From an uncultured Candidatus Micrarchaeota archaeon (lineage in GTDB: Archaea; Micrarchaeota; Micrarchaeia; Micrarchaeales; CABMGC01), in contig CAWHXT010000005.1 of the NCBI GenBank assembly GCA_963833485.1, positions 347,545 through 411,544 of the forward strand: a stretch of 64,000 nucleotides of DNA, in the 5' to 3' direction. The notes under the pieces are model-generated. The model was not told the DNA's origin. It did not search any database and was given only the letters and a program-made list of their open reading frames with translations. The position numbers were made by a program, and so were the translations under genes. Shown here in pieces: positions 18,359 through 28,457 of this stretch. The first letter of the stretch is position 1. Every line of letters begins with the position of its first letter.

Positions 18359-18736
18359 TTAAGGCTTTATGGCAATCATGCTGATCTCAATTCTTGCACC
18401 TACAGGCAACTCTTTGACGCAAACAACTTCTCTTGCTGGGAAAGGATCTGAAAAATAGGTCTTATACACGTCGTTCACTTTCCCGTAGTTCGACATATCT
18501 GTAACGTAGATCGTCACCTTAGTGACATTGGCGAAGCTTACTCCCGCCGCTTCGAGTATGCTCTTAAGATTTCTCATAATCTGGTGCGTCTGCTCCTCAA
18601 TGCTCGCATCGAGAAGCTTTCCATCTGGCATGAGATGCACCTGCCCAGATGTGAACACCATATTTCCCTCAACTACCGCTTGCGAAAATGGGCCAGTTGC
18701 TTTAGGAGCGCCGGAAGTTTCTACTTTAGCTTTCAT
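18359..18736 (-). CDS. ridA: RidA/YjgF/TdcF family reactive-intermediate deaminase
   Basis: GPFSQAV...VFTSGQ and PAREVVCVKELPVGARIEI fit the family, as does the 125-aa length. Confidence 0.88.
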   Translation of the reverse strand: MKAKVETSGAPKATGPFSQAVVEGNMVFTSGQVHLMPDGKLLDASIEEQTHQIMRNLKSILEAAGVSFANVTKVTIYVTDMSNYGKVNDVYKTYFSDPFPAREVVCVKELPVGARIEISMIAIKP

Positions 18737-18747
18737 AGTCTCACAAA

Positions 18748-19704
18748 TTATCTTCTACTTTTTTTCTTACCTTTGGTATAATCCCTAAAATCCCTCTTGT
18801 TGAATGCTTCCTGGATGCCCATCACTCCTATTGGTGTCGGTACGCTGAAGCCCCTGCTTTCTGTTGGTATGAAAACCATCACGTTCTTTCCGCCTATGCT
18901 TATCTCGTACATCATGTTGAGGGCCCTGAGCTGCATGGCGTAAGGATCCTTGTGGTATTTCTGGGCAGCCTCAAGCATCTTGTCAGCAGCAAGCGACTCG
19001 CTCTCAGCTAATATCACTCTTGCCTGCTTCTCCCTGTCAGATGTTGCGACCTTTGCCATCGCGTTCTGAAGCTCTTCAGGTATCTTGACGTCCCTTATTT
19101 CGACAGATATCGCATTTATGCCCCAGTTCTTTATCCTGTCTTGTATAAGCTTCTGGATATCTTCTCCTATGAGGTCTCTGCCAGCAAGCATAAGTGACAG
19201 TTCCTTCTTTCCTATTATGTCTCTCATAGCTGTCTGAGAAGCAAGCAGTACAGAACCGTAGTAGTCCTGCACATTCAATATTGATTTCTCAGGGTCATGC
19301 ACCTGCCAGAAGAGAATTGCGTCCACGTCTACAGGTACGTTGTCCTTTGTCAATGTTTTCTCTGCGTTGAAGGCTGTGCTGAGAACTCTTAAATCCAAAG
19401 TGAATGGCGTTGTCTCGATTATGGGTGTTATCAACCTGAATCCGGGGCCTATTATACCCACATAATTACCAAGCCTAAGGACCGGCATTCTATTCCATTC
19501 GTTTATAACCCTAACTGAAAGCGTGAGTATGAGCACCAAGGAAACGATGAAACCAATGGCAAGACCGTTTAAATTGCCAAATATTCCCCCAAACGCCGTT
19601 ACTACAACTATGATTATTAAATCCACAATGGAAGCAGCGCCCCCGTTGTATATCGTACTCACCATTGATCCTTTAATCTCGCTTAATTGTTTAGAATCAG
19701 CCAT
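18748..19704 (-). CDS. SPFH/band-7 (stomatin/prohibitin-like) membrane protein
   Basis: An N-terminal TM region is followed by an SPFH core (LTKDNVPVDVDAILFWQV, AMRDIIG, ISVEIRDVKIPEEL). Confidence 0.85.
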   Translation of the reverse strand: MADSKQLSEIKGSMVSTIYNGGAASIVDLIIIVVVTAFGGIFGNLNGLAIGFIVSLVLILTLSVRVINEWNRMPVLRLGNYVGIIGPGFRLITPIIETTPFTLDLRVLSTAFNAEKTLTKDNVPVDVDAILFWQVHDPEKSILNVQDYYGSVLLASQTAMRDIIGKKELSLMLAGRDLIGEDIQKLIQDRIKNWGINAISVEIRDVKIPEELQNAMAKVATSDREKQARVILAESESLAADKMLEAAQKYHKDPYAMQLRALNMMYEISIGGKNVMVFIPTESRGFSVPTPIGVMGIQEAFNKRDFRDYTKGKKKSRR

Positions 19705-19824
19705 CCAACCACGCTAGGGTTATAACATTTCTTCCTTATATAAATTTCGTTTAAGTCTTAGTTGATTTTCGTTCGAACTGAACTTTTTATATATTTACAA
19801 ACATAAAGCAAGGGAATAGATAAT

Positions 19825-20706
19825 ATGGCAAACGGTTACATAGCTGAGATATTCGAGCCAACGCTGCTAATGAGCCTATTCTCTGGTTTGGTTGGGGTAT
19901 CCGCCGCAATCCACTATGGGGGCGTAAATGCGTTTCTTGCTTCTCTTGCACTTATCGGAGCTGTTCTCACGCAGATTTCTGTAAACCTCTTTGACGATTA
20001 CATAGATTATCTTTCAGGGCTTGACAAAGAGAGCCTGAATACAAAGTTCAGTGGTGGGAGCGTAATGCTAACCAAAGGAATCGTAAAACCGAGGAACGTT
20101 CTTTATATCGGACTTGGCGCAGTAGCCGTTGCGGGCATTATAGGGATTTACCTTGCCTATCTTTATCCGATAATAATCCCAATCATAATCATCGGCGCTA
20201 TAGCGATATTCGCATACGCAAAATATATTGTAAGAATACCTTTCCTTGCAGAGCTAACGGTGATGGCTAGCTTCTTCTTGATTGCACTCGGCTGTTTTAT
20301 AGTGGCGCATGGCTCCGCAAGCAACTTAGGAAATGCAATATTCGCCCTGATATCAGCAGGTATACCTTGCGGAATAGCGCTTCTTGTAAACAGCATACCC
20401 GATAAAGTAGTAGACAAGAGATATGGGAGGAAGAATGGGGCTATAATAATAGGCAAGTCAGGCAACATAGCATACTACTACCTCTTCTTCGAGCTTGTGA
20501 TATACGCGTTGCTGATATCTGGGATGTTGCTGAAGGCGCTTCCCTTAACCTTCATAATAGGGTTCTTCACCATACCAATAATCTACAAAACATTCAAGGG
20601 CATTCAGAGCTACAAGAATCCAAAGTCGTTCGAAAGATACATGGGAATCAATACATTGGGCACTGTGATTATCCTTGTCCTCCTTTCAGTCGCTTATCTG
20701 GTTTGA
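19825..20706 (+). CDS. UbiA-superfamily aromatic prenyltransferase, MenA-like
   Basis: Two Asp-rich motifs (NLFDDYIDYLSGLD and DKVVDKRYGRKNG) in a roughly 9-TM protein. Confidence 0.75.
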   Translation: MANGYIAEIFEPTLLMSLFSGLVGVSAAIHYGGVNAFLASLALIGAVLTQISVNLFDDYIDYLSGLDKESLNTKFSGGSVMLTKGIVKPRNVLYIGLGAVAVAGIIGIYLAYLYPIIIPIIIIGAIAIFAYAKYIVRIPFLAELTVMASFFLIALGCFIVAHGSASNLGNAIFALISAGIPCGIALLVNSIPDKVVDKRYGRKNGAIIIGKSGNIAYYYLFFELVIYALLISGMLLKALPLTFIIGFFTIPIIYKTFKGIQSYKNPKSFERYMGINTLGTVIILVLLSVAYLV

Positions 20707-20717
20707 TGGTTTTATAA

Positions 20718-21335
20718 ATGAAAAACACATTCGACAAAATTTATCTCCTGTTGCCTGTCTTACTCTGGCCGATCGTATTCATAGAATTTAAAAGTGTATT
20801 TGTCTACGCGATGTTCTTTGCAACCCTGTTGCTCGCTGTGCTATCTTTGTTAAGATACAGAAAATTTCTGCCGTTCACCAAAAGCTCTGGCCCTAATATA
20901 ATTTTGACTGTAGGAATTCTAGCGGCGATCATACTCTACCTGATATTTTATTTTGGCTACTTCGCATCCGCAATAGTTGGACCCAAAGGCTCTGTTCTTG
21001 ATGTGTACAGCATGCTTTATGCGCAGAACCCAAAGCTTGTGCTGGGCATCCTACTGATCTTCATTGGAATCTTTGAAGAGATATATTGGAGGGGAGGCGT
21101 GCAGAGCTTTGCTGAGAAGCGAATCAAGATTCTGAAAGGCTCCCCATGGCTTATATCTACATTGTACTATGCTGCAGTTCATCTATTCACTCTCAATCCA
21201 ATACTTGCCGTATCTGCCTTCTTTGTCGGATTGGTTACGAGTCTGGTAGCTTACAAATATGGTCTGATAGCTTCAATGATAACACACGTACTGTGGATAG
21301 AAGCGGTGGTAGTATTTCTTCCTATCGGAGTCTAG
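20718..21335 (+). CDS. CPBP-family intramembrane glutamic endopeptidase (CAAX protease-like)
   Basis: EEIYWRG, AAVHLFTLN and THVLWIE motifs in a multi-TM protein. Confidence 0.7.
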   Translation: MKNTFDKIYLLLPVLLWPIVFIEFKSVFVYAMFFATLLLAVLSLLRYRKFLPFTKSSGPNIILTVGILAAIILYLIFYFGYFASAIVGPKGSVLDVYSMLYAQNPKLVLGILLIFIGIFEEIYWRGGVQSFAEKRIKILKGSPWLISTLYYAAVHLFTLNPILAVSAFFVGLVTSLVAYKYGLIASMITHVLWIEAVVVFLPIGV

Positions 21336-21347
21336 GCTGGTGCCAAG

Positions 21348-22046
21348 ATGAGTGAAAAAATAAACAGGCTTTTCTCTGACATATACGAGAAATATGACAC
21401 AATGAATCACGTTTTCAGTCTTGGGAACGACATATTGTGGAGGCGTGCAGCAGCGAAGGAGGCGCTGTCATGCGGCAATAATGCAAAGATAATAGATGTA
21501 GGTTCAGGGACAGGAGATTTGGCGATATATATTTACAAAATGGCAAAGAAGCAAGGGAAAAAAGTGTACATAACAGCTACTGACTTCAACAAGGACATGC
21601 TCAACCTTGCCAGGAAGAAAGCAAAGCTGCTTGGAATGGAAAACGTTGTTTTCGAATTGGACGATGCCATAAAAATGAAGTATGAAAATGCATCTTTTGA
21701 CGTTCTTATTACTGGTTTCGCCTTGAGAAACTTTGATGATCTCGGAAAATTCATTGATGAAACAAAGAGAGTTCTTAAATTAGGCGGCAAGTTCGTATAC
21801 CTTGACATGGCGATGCCAGACAATCCTGTCCAAAAGATCTTTTTCAAGCTTTACTTCTCTTTCATGAGAGTAATTGGCAACACTGTGAATTCCGAAGCGT
21901 ACAACTGGCTTTTCGAAAGTGTGAGCGACTTTGACAAGCAGAAATTGCTGAGAATGATAAGGGCGCGCGGATTCAAAAACGTGAAGATTAGGAACCTTAC
22001 CACAGGCGTTGCTTACATAATCACAGGAGAGAAGCCAGCTCGGTAA
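21348..22046 (+). CDS. ubiE: UbiE/MenG-type demethyl(mena)quinone C-methyltransferase
   Basis: YDTMNHVFSLGNDILWRR and the SAM motif IIDVGSGTGD. Confidence 0.8.
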   Translation: MSEKINRLFSDIYEKYDTMNHVFSLGNDILWRRAAAKEALSCGNNAKIIDVGSGTGDLAIYIYKMAKKQGKKVYITATDFNKDMLNLARKKAKLLGMENVVFELDDAIKMKYENASFDVLITGFALRNFDDLGKFIDETKRVLKLGGKFVYLDMAMPDNPVQKIFFKLYFSFMRVIGNTVNSEAYNWLFESVSDFDKQKLLRMIRARGFKNVKIRNLTTGVAYIITGEKPAR

Positions 22047-22941
22047 TCGCCTGCATGTTCTTCATATACTCCTTTTGCACTCTTACGAAACCCACATAAA
22101 CCTTCAGTTGCGCAAGCGGGCCCTTCCAGCTCAATATTTTCAAAGCTCTGTCTACGTAAGAGTTATTTATCTCAATAGCCGCCTCCAGCGCATTTTTCTT
22201 ACCTTCTGCGTTCAATGTGTCAACTATGTTGATCCTTCTTCTCTTTGACCCATCGAAGCCCATATCCGCTCTGACATAGTCTATTATGTCGTCCCTGACT
22301 TGGAAGGCGACGCCTATTTCTTTCCCGAAGTTGCAAAAGTCGTCTGCTATCCGCATACCCTTGTATCTTGCAACTATACTACACGATGTGCCTATGAAAG
22401 ATGCTGACTTCAGCCTTGCGATCTCAAGATAAGTTTCAAAGCTTGGAATCCTTTTCTGAATCTGGTAATTGCTGTCAAGAATCTCTCCAGCACACATGTC
22501 AATCGCTGTCTTCGCAACAGCGCTCATCGTTTCGGGTCCATATTTTGCAGACATCTCTATAGCTTTAGATATTAGAGCATCACCAGCAAGTATTGCAGCT
22601 TCATCTCCGTACTTTACATGAATCGCTTCGATATCCCTTCTCAGCTTGTCCCTATCTATCAGATCATCGTGTATCAGAGAGGATACGTGCAATAGTTCCA
22701 GCGCCATTGCCATATCAACAAATTTCATCGGATCTTCTTTTACAGCGTAGGCTCCAAGAAGGACAAGTGTTGGACGCAGCATCTTTCCCTGCCTGCTTAA
22801 GATGTGCATTAAGGGATCTGCAAGCTCCCGGTTCACAAAATCTTTATTATCAAGGTTAGACATCCTTGAAGAGATTAGTTTAACCCCCTTCTCCACTCGC
22901 ACGGGCAACTTGTACATCTTATAACTCTTTATAATAACCAC
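22021..22941 (-). CDS. Polyprenyl diphosphate synthase (trans-isoprenyl diphosphate synthase family)
   Basis: First and second Asp-rich motifs, LIHDDLID and FQVRDDIID. Confidence 0.85.
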   Translation of the reverse strand: MVIIKSYKMYKLPVRVEKGVKLISSRMSNLDNKDFVNRELADPLMHILSRQGKMLRPTLVLLGAYAVKEDPMKFVDMAMALELLHVSSLIHDDLIDRDKLRRDIEAIHVKYGDEAAILAGDALISKAIEMSAKYGPETMSAVAKTAIDMCAGEILDSNYQIQKRIPSFETYLEIARLKSASFIGTSCSIVARYKGMRIADDFCNFGKEIGVAFQVRDDIIDYVRADMGFDGSKRRRINIVDTLNAEGKKNALEAAIEINNSYVDRALKILSWKGPLAQLKVYVGFVRVQKEYMKNMQAITELASLL

Positions 22942-22955
22942 TCAATAAACGACGC

Positions 22956-23282
22956 CTAAGCGTCAACGTAAATCGTCCCAGCTTCGACTGAGACCTTGTA
23001 GGTCGGCTCATCGTCAAGCTTCATGGTAAACCAGACAAGCTTGCCTGTGGTAATATTCCACATAGATCCGTGCCATGGACATGTCACCTCGTTCCCTGAA
23101 AGCTCTCCTTCCCCAAGCGGCCCTCCCTCGTGATTGCATATTGCATGCATGGCATAATACTTCCCACCAACGTTTGCAACCATTATCCTATTATCTCCGA
23201 CTTCTACCACCTTGCTCTTGCCGTTCAGCAATTCTTCAACGGTGCAAACTTTTGTTTTCATACCTTCATCATCTTTAAGCAC
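22956..23282 (-). CDS. Rieske [2Fe-2S] domain protein
   Basis: CNHEGGPL...CPWHGSMW matches CxH...CxxH. Confidence 0.85.
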   Translation of the reverse strand: MLKDDEGMKTKVCTVEELLNGKSKVVEVGDNRIMVANVGGKYYAMHAICNHEGGPLGEGELSGNEVTCPWHGSMWNITTGKLVWFTMKLDDEPTYKVSVEAGTIYVDA

Positions 23283-23751
23283 TAGAACCTTCCTTTACTA
23301 TGAAATTTTCGTACTTTACCGATCTCTGAAAGAGATAATCAAATCTTTTCTTCGCTTCTCTTATGTTTATCTTAGTTATGTGCTCACTCTTCTTATTTAT
23401 TATGCTGAATGGAGGTATCTTAAAAGCGGTCCTGTCGTCCATAATGAACCTCTCATGCTGCGCTCCACTATCTTCCTTGTTCATTATCTTAACCTGAAAG
23501 TCTATGTTGCTGTTGTTCAGTTCCTTTTTCAGATCGTTGTAGTTGTCTCCGAAGCTCGAGTCCAGCATCTCGTTTGAAGTTATTACTATTATGGAAATCA
23601 AATTACCGCGCTCATCTGAAATTAACCTATGGAGATTTGCTATCGCAGTCGAGTTGAAGTGCTTATCCACTATCTTTATGTCCCCACTGAGTGTTGAGAA
23701 GAGCTGTTCCCTAAGCTTTGCCAGATTTGCGTAAGGAGTATTTGGATCCAT
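23275..23751 (-). CDS. PLD-fold (MIT_C-like) domain protein, function unknown
   Basis: Start moved to MDPNTPY (23751) to avoid overlapping the upstream gene. The C-terminal QHERFIMDDRTAF resembles the HxK/R...D motif of the PLD-like MIT_C domain. This is a weak, pattern-only call. Confidence 0.4.
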   Translation of the reverse strand: MDPNTPYANLAKLREQLFSTLSGDIKIVDKHFNSTAIANLHRLISDERGNLISIIVITSNEMLDSSFGDNYNDLKKELNNSNIDFQVKIMNKEDSGAQHERFIMDDRTAFKIPPFSIINKKSEHITKINIREAKKRFDYLFQRSVKYENFIVKEGSSA

Positions 23752-23815
23752 GCTGATGTTCCTGCTGCCTCTCCTTCTTGGAGAGATGCTGTCTCTGAAT
23801 TGTATGTAAATGCCG

Positions 23816-24292
23816 CTAAGCAAGACAAAGGAGTATGCCAAAGTAGGTGAAGTAAAGGTGCAATGTATACAGATCAAAAGTGAAATTGGTATAGATTATG
23901 AAGAAGAGAACAACGTAAACTATCACGAGTGTCATGTGCAAAAGCGCGTAGCCTCTATTAGCTGCGTCGTACTTGTTTGATCTTCTAAGCATCAGCATTG
24001 TGGTTATCAGCACCAAAACTAGTGTTATCCCGAGGGTGAGATAAGATTCCAGGATTGATGTGTATATCGAATTGAGCTGCGATGAAAATGGTATCAATAT
24101 CTTAGTAACGTTTAATTTATCCGCTTGGCTCTGTATGTAACCTCCAGCCCCTACCCCATACTGGACTGAGAATAGCTGTATCGTGAACGCGCTGTTAGCA
24201 AATAGCAGCAATGAGCCTATCCCTAATAGAATGATTACGTTCCTATACTCCTTTTCGTCCCTCTGTCCCTCCATGATTAAATTATGTGGCAA
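23816..24292 (-). CDS. Hypothetical membrane protein (4-5 TM)
   Basis: 158-aa hydrophobic ORF. Confidence 0.5.
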   Translation of the reverse strand: MPHNLIMEGQRDEKEYRNVIILLGIGSLLLFANSAFTIQLFSVQYGVGAGGYIQSQADKLNVTKILIPFSSQLNSIYTSILESYLTLGITLVLVLITTMLMLRRSNKYDAANRGYALLHMTLVIVYVVLFFIIYTNFTFDLYTLHLYFTYFGILLCLA

Positions 24293-24306
24293 AGATTTAA
24301 ATTGAC

Positions 24307-25288
24307 CTACTCGTCTATTCGGGCCTTTAAGGTCTCCATCTCAAAAAAGTCGTAATTGTTGTTCGCGGCCTTAGATTCATAGCCTTTCTTCTTCAGATTG
24401 TTTGCCATTATCCCTGCCTCCTTTCCAACAGTGTAAACAAGCTTCGGATTGGTTTTTTCAAGATATTCTAGCGCTTGGGAAAAGTCCGCGTGGTCGCTTA
24501 GCGCGAACTGTACGTTTGCGTCAAATTTGAATACCTTAGCGAAGCCAGTAGCTACTGCTGTAAACACCTTCCTACTGCTGTTCATAGTGATTCTGCTCGC
24601 AATATCATTAAGCTTGTAGTTCTCCACAATCCCAACATCGCTCTCTTTCAACAGGTCTTCAAAACCCTTCTCCGCCTCCTCTTCGTCATATTTTAAATCT
24701 ACTCCAAAGTTTTCGTACACCTTGTTTAACTTTGAAATATTTTTAGATACGGCGGGCGCTATTCCAATCTCATTCATGGTCGCAATTAGCTCCTGTGCCT
24801 TGCCAAGCGAATAAGCTCCAAACAAGACAAGTGCCCCTTGAAACTTTCTGTTTTACATAATACTGTATAGTATCAATGACCTCTTTTCTATCGTCAAACT
24901 TTATTTCTGTATCTGGATAAGTAGAATCAATGATTGCGACGTCCACCTGTTTTGTTTCTATCATTTTAGCTACGTTTGACTTTTGCATTTGATAGTCTCC
25001 AGTATAAACTACTGAGTACCCAAATTCCGCGCTATCGAGATAAAATTGTTTTGCGCCTAATATGTGCCCAGAGTCCAAGAGCTCAACATTCTGGGGGAGA
25101 TCTGCGACGTTGAGCGTCACCCCTTTTCTTGCTTCTATCAGTTCCTTTGTCTCCATGCTTGCCAATATCTGCGCCCCTTTCTTTGCCCTTCTGATATGGT
25201 CTGAGTGCGCATGCGAGACAAAGCTTAGGTTTGCTAGAGTATGGCTGAGGTCCAATGAAACGTCATAGTTGTCGATGTCTATCTTCAC
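24307..25288 (-). CDS. Metallo-beta-lactamase / beta-CASP family nuclease, split by a frameshift
   Basis: The N-part has HAHSDH and the C-part has ...FGAYSLGKAQELI... and SDHAD. The two ORF-track pieces (24770..25288, 24307..24825) join as ...KQKVSR-ALVLFGAYSLGKAQE if one base of the C4 run at 24834..24837 is skipped. Confidence 0.7.
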
Positions 25289-25372
25289 TGAGTCGCCACT
25301 TAATGCTACAATATTAAAGTTTAAATATGTGTTTTAGCATAATACTAGTTACAAGTTTCTAATTGTGTTAAC

Positions 25373-26295
25373 ATGGTAGAAAATATAGTCATTATAGGAT
25401 CAGGTCCGGCAGGGCTCTCTGCAGCACTTTATACTTCAAGAGAGGGTTTTAATCCAGTGCTTATTAGGGGGACAAATGCTGGAGGTCAGCTGATTCTTAC
25501 AACTTTTGTGGAAAACTATCCAGGTTCGATCGACAAAGTGACTGGACCAGAGCTGGTTGCAAGAATGGAGGAGCAGGCAAAGAGTTTCGGAACCAGGTTC
25601 GTCGAGGGGGATATCACCAAAGTTGATTTCAAATCAAGGCCGTTCAAGATTTTCGTAGGCAAGGATGTGATAGAGGCACATGTAGTGATAGTAGCAACGG
25701 GTGCATCTTCGAAGTGGTTAGGTATCGAATCAGAGAAGAAATTTATCGGAAAGGGAGTATCAAGTTGCGCCACTTGTGACGCGCCATTTTTCAAAGGCAA
25801 GAACGTCATTGTTGTAGGTGGAGGTGACACGGCAATGGAAGATTCAATATTCTTGACGAAATTTGCTGAACAGTGTCACTGTCAGTACATAGGAAGGATT
25901 CGTTAAGGGCAAGCAAAATAATGCAGGAGAGAGCCTTCTCTAACAAGAAGATTAAGTTCATTTGGAACACTGAGATAGAGGAGATCCTCGGAGACATCAA
26001 GGTGAAGAGCGTCAAACTCAAGAACATCAATACAAAAGGGGTTACGCAGATGCCGATAGATGGCGTTTTTGTAGCAATAGGCCACATGCCCAACAGTGCA
26101 CCTTTCAAGGATGCGCTAAAGGTAGATAAAGAAGGTTACATTATCACAAAGGAGGAAGTAAAGACAGACATCGATGGTGTCTTCGTAGCAGGTGATGTTG
26201 CTGACAAATTCTATAGGCAGGCAGCAACCGCAGCCAGCAGCGGAGTTAAGGCCGCTCTTCATGCAAGAGAATACCTCTCAAGGATGAAATTCTAA
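25373..26295 (+). CDS. trxB: Thioredoxin reductase, split by a frameshift
   Basis: IIGSGPAGLSAALY, the redox centre CATCDAPFF, and VVGGGDTAMEDSIFLTKFAE. The reading continues as (T)VSLSVHRKDSLRASKIMQERAF only if one base is added near 25865..25873 (ctgaacag). Confidence 0.85.
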
Positions 26296-26337
26296 TTAAG
26301 GTTTTACAAAATCCCTCAGCTTACACAAAAGTATTTA

Positions 26338-27676
26338 TTGCATTACATGCAACTACTATCTGATTCTGTGGACTCAGATAATACGATGTTAAACGATCAA
26401 CAAGCAGCTTCCCAGTCTGCTACTCCTCCCACACCACCATCTATGACTCCAATGCGGTCAAAAGCACCATCTTCTTCTAATCACACTTTACTATATGCTG
26501 TAGTTGGCATAATTATAATCGTTGTCATCGCAGCCGTTTTTCTTACAATAGGACATGGCAACCAAAAAGGTAGCAACTCATCAAACTCAAGCTCAGTTAA
26601 TAACTCTACTGCTTCAAATTCTTCCAATTCGAATAGGTCGTCAAGTAATTCGTCAACAAAGCCTAGCTCAGGTACCACTTCTAAAAATTCTACAATACTT
26701 GCAAATGCGAACTCAGCTTACTGTGTGGGTGGCATTCAAATTTTAAATTATCCACCAGGTCCAACTTCCTTATCATACTACACTAATATATCAAAGAATT
26801 CCATAAGCTCCTGGAGTCAAACCACTTCTTATCCAACGATCGTAGGAAATTTTTCTAAAAATGACTCATATCAGTCTTGCACTCCTTACAATGGATACGT
26901 ATACTGTATTGGAGGTACAGCCCCTGAAATCGTAAATAATTCATACTTTGCACAACTTTCATCTCAAGGAATAGGTAAATGGAATGCAACAACTTCATAT
27001 CCATATACAATTGATCAAGAATATTGTGGAGCTTACTCTGGTTACATATACTGCGTTGGTGGCAATAACAGAACAACCGTCAGATCCAACGTTACTAATT
27101 ATGCCTCCATATCAAAGAGCGGCATCGGCACGTGGCATCAGTCCTCAATCTATCCTGCGGATTCAATTCCTTGGGTCTGTGTATTTGAAGGCAGCTATGT
27201 ATACTGCACTACTGGAGAAAATTACTATGGCTCTGAGTCCAAATCTTACTATGCAAATCTCACAGCAAATGGTGTTGGTACCTGGATTCAAACAACAAGT
27301 TTCCCAGATAGTTTTGTGCCTGGATCTTGCGCAGCATACAACGGTTACATATACCTGTGTTGGAGGAACGTACCCTAGCAATGGAGCACTTACCAATTCT
27401 ACATATTATGCAAAATTATCAAGTTCTGGGATAGGCAACTGGACAAAAACCACTCCATACCCGTTGCAAATATACTCTCAATCATGTTTTGCAAATAATG
27501 CAAACCTTTATTGTGTAGGTGGCGCAGTCCCCTGGAAAAACGCAGGATCTTATGTGTTACCTAACAATACAAAGTCCACATACATAGCCCCAATATCAAG
27601 TTCAGGAATAGGTTCTTGGACAAAACAGGCAGATTATCCAGTAGCACTTGCAGCATCTTCCCAATGCTTTGTATGA
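26338..27676 (+). CDS. Membrane-anchored extracellular Kelch-like beta-propeller protein with a Ser/Asn-rich stalk, split by a frameshift
   Basis: A TM helix is followed by SNSSNSSSVNNSTASNSSNS... and then a repeated blade motif: Y(N/S)GY(I/V)YC(I/V)GG plus S(S/K)(S/G)GIG(N/T/S)W. The pieces 26338..27378 and 26984..27676 join as AAYNGYIY-CVGGTYPSNG if one C at 27354..27355 is skipped. Confidence 0.65.
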
Positions 27677-27679
27677 CCT

Positions 27680-28303
27680 TCAGCCAATTTTGACTTCATC
27701 TACTTCTCCGTTAGGACTTTTTTCTCTGAAAATCTGGCTTGTGAACTTGTATAAGCTTATATCAGACCTCTTCCACGCATCCTTCGCGAGCCCGGCCATC
27801 GTGCAAACATACTCTAGGAGTTTTTCCTTATCCAACTTCTTCTCAATAGCAACTTCTGGCAGAACTAGGCCACTATAATAACCATATTCTATGAACAATC
27901 CCGTTTCACCAAGCTTTATCTCCTTTTTAATGGTAGCTGGATTGATCTTAAGTTTTACCATCTCTGAAAGTATGTTAACTTCTATAATGACATGTTCAAG
28001 CTCAAGATATGACAAAGGTTTGAATCTCATATCTTGTGTCGCCGAAGCTATTGCAGCCTCTATTATCTGACTCTTTATCTCCCCAAATGACCTAGCGAAG
28101 CCAATGCAGCCTCTGAGCTCCATCGTTGGGTATATGTTAATGGTGACATATACACCCTGCTTACTTTCAAAGCCCTCCAGCCTCCTCTCCAGCAGCTTCC
28201 TATCAAAATCTGGGGCCTGTAGGTAAAGTTCTATGCTATTCCTTGCTGTCTTAACAAGCGCCTCTCCCTCCTCTTTGGAATATAACTTCATTCCAACACC
28301 CAA
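27680..28303 (-). CDS. AMMECR1 domain protein
   Basis: LRGCIGF is the hallmark motif. The protein is 207 aa. Confidence 0.85.
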   Translation of the reverse strand: MGVGMKLYSKEEGEALVKTARNSIELYLQAPDFDRKLLERRLEGFESKQGVYVTINIYPTMELRGCIGFARSFGEIKSQIIEAAIASATQDMRFKPLSYLELEHVIIEVNILSEMVKLKINPATIKKEIKLGETGLFIEYGYYSGLVLPEVAIEKKLDKEKLLEYVCTMAGLAKDAWKRSDISLYKFTSQIFREKSPNGEVDEVKIG

Positions 28304-28457
28304 ATTTGACTCTCTTTTAAGTCTTATATTACTATTCTATTTTAGAAAAGCCAACCTGAAGTGAAGTGTTTAAATATTCTCTAATATAATTTTAGAAATG
28401 GGGGCATAAAGCGCTGGCAATAGCTTTAGCATCTAGCCTCTCTAAATGATGATATAA

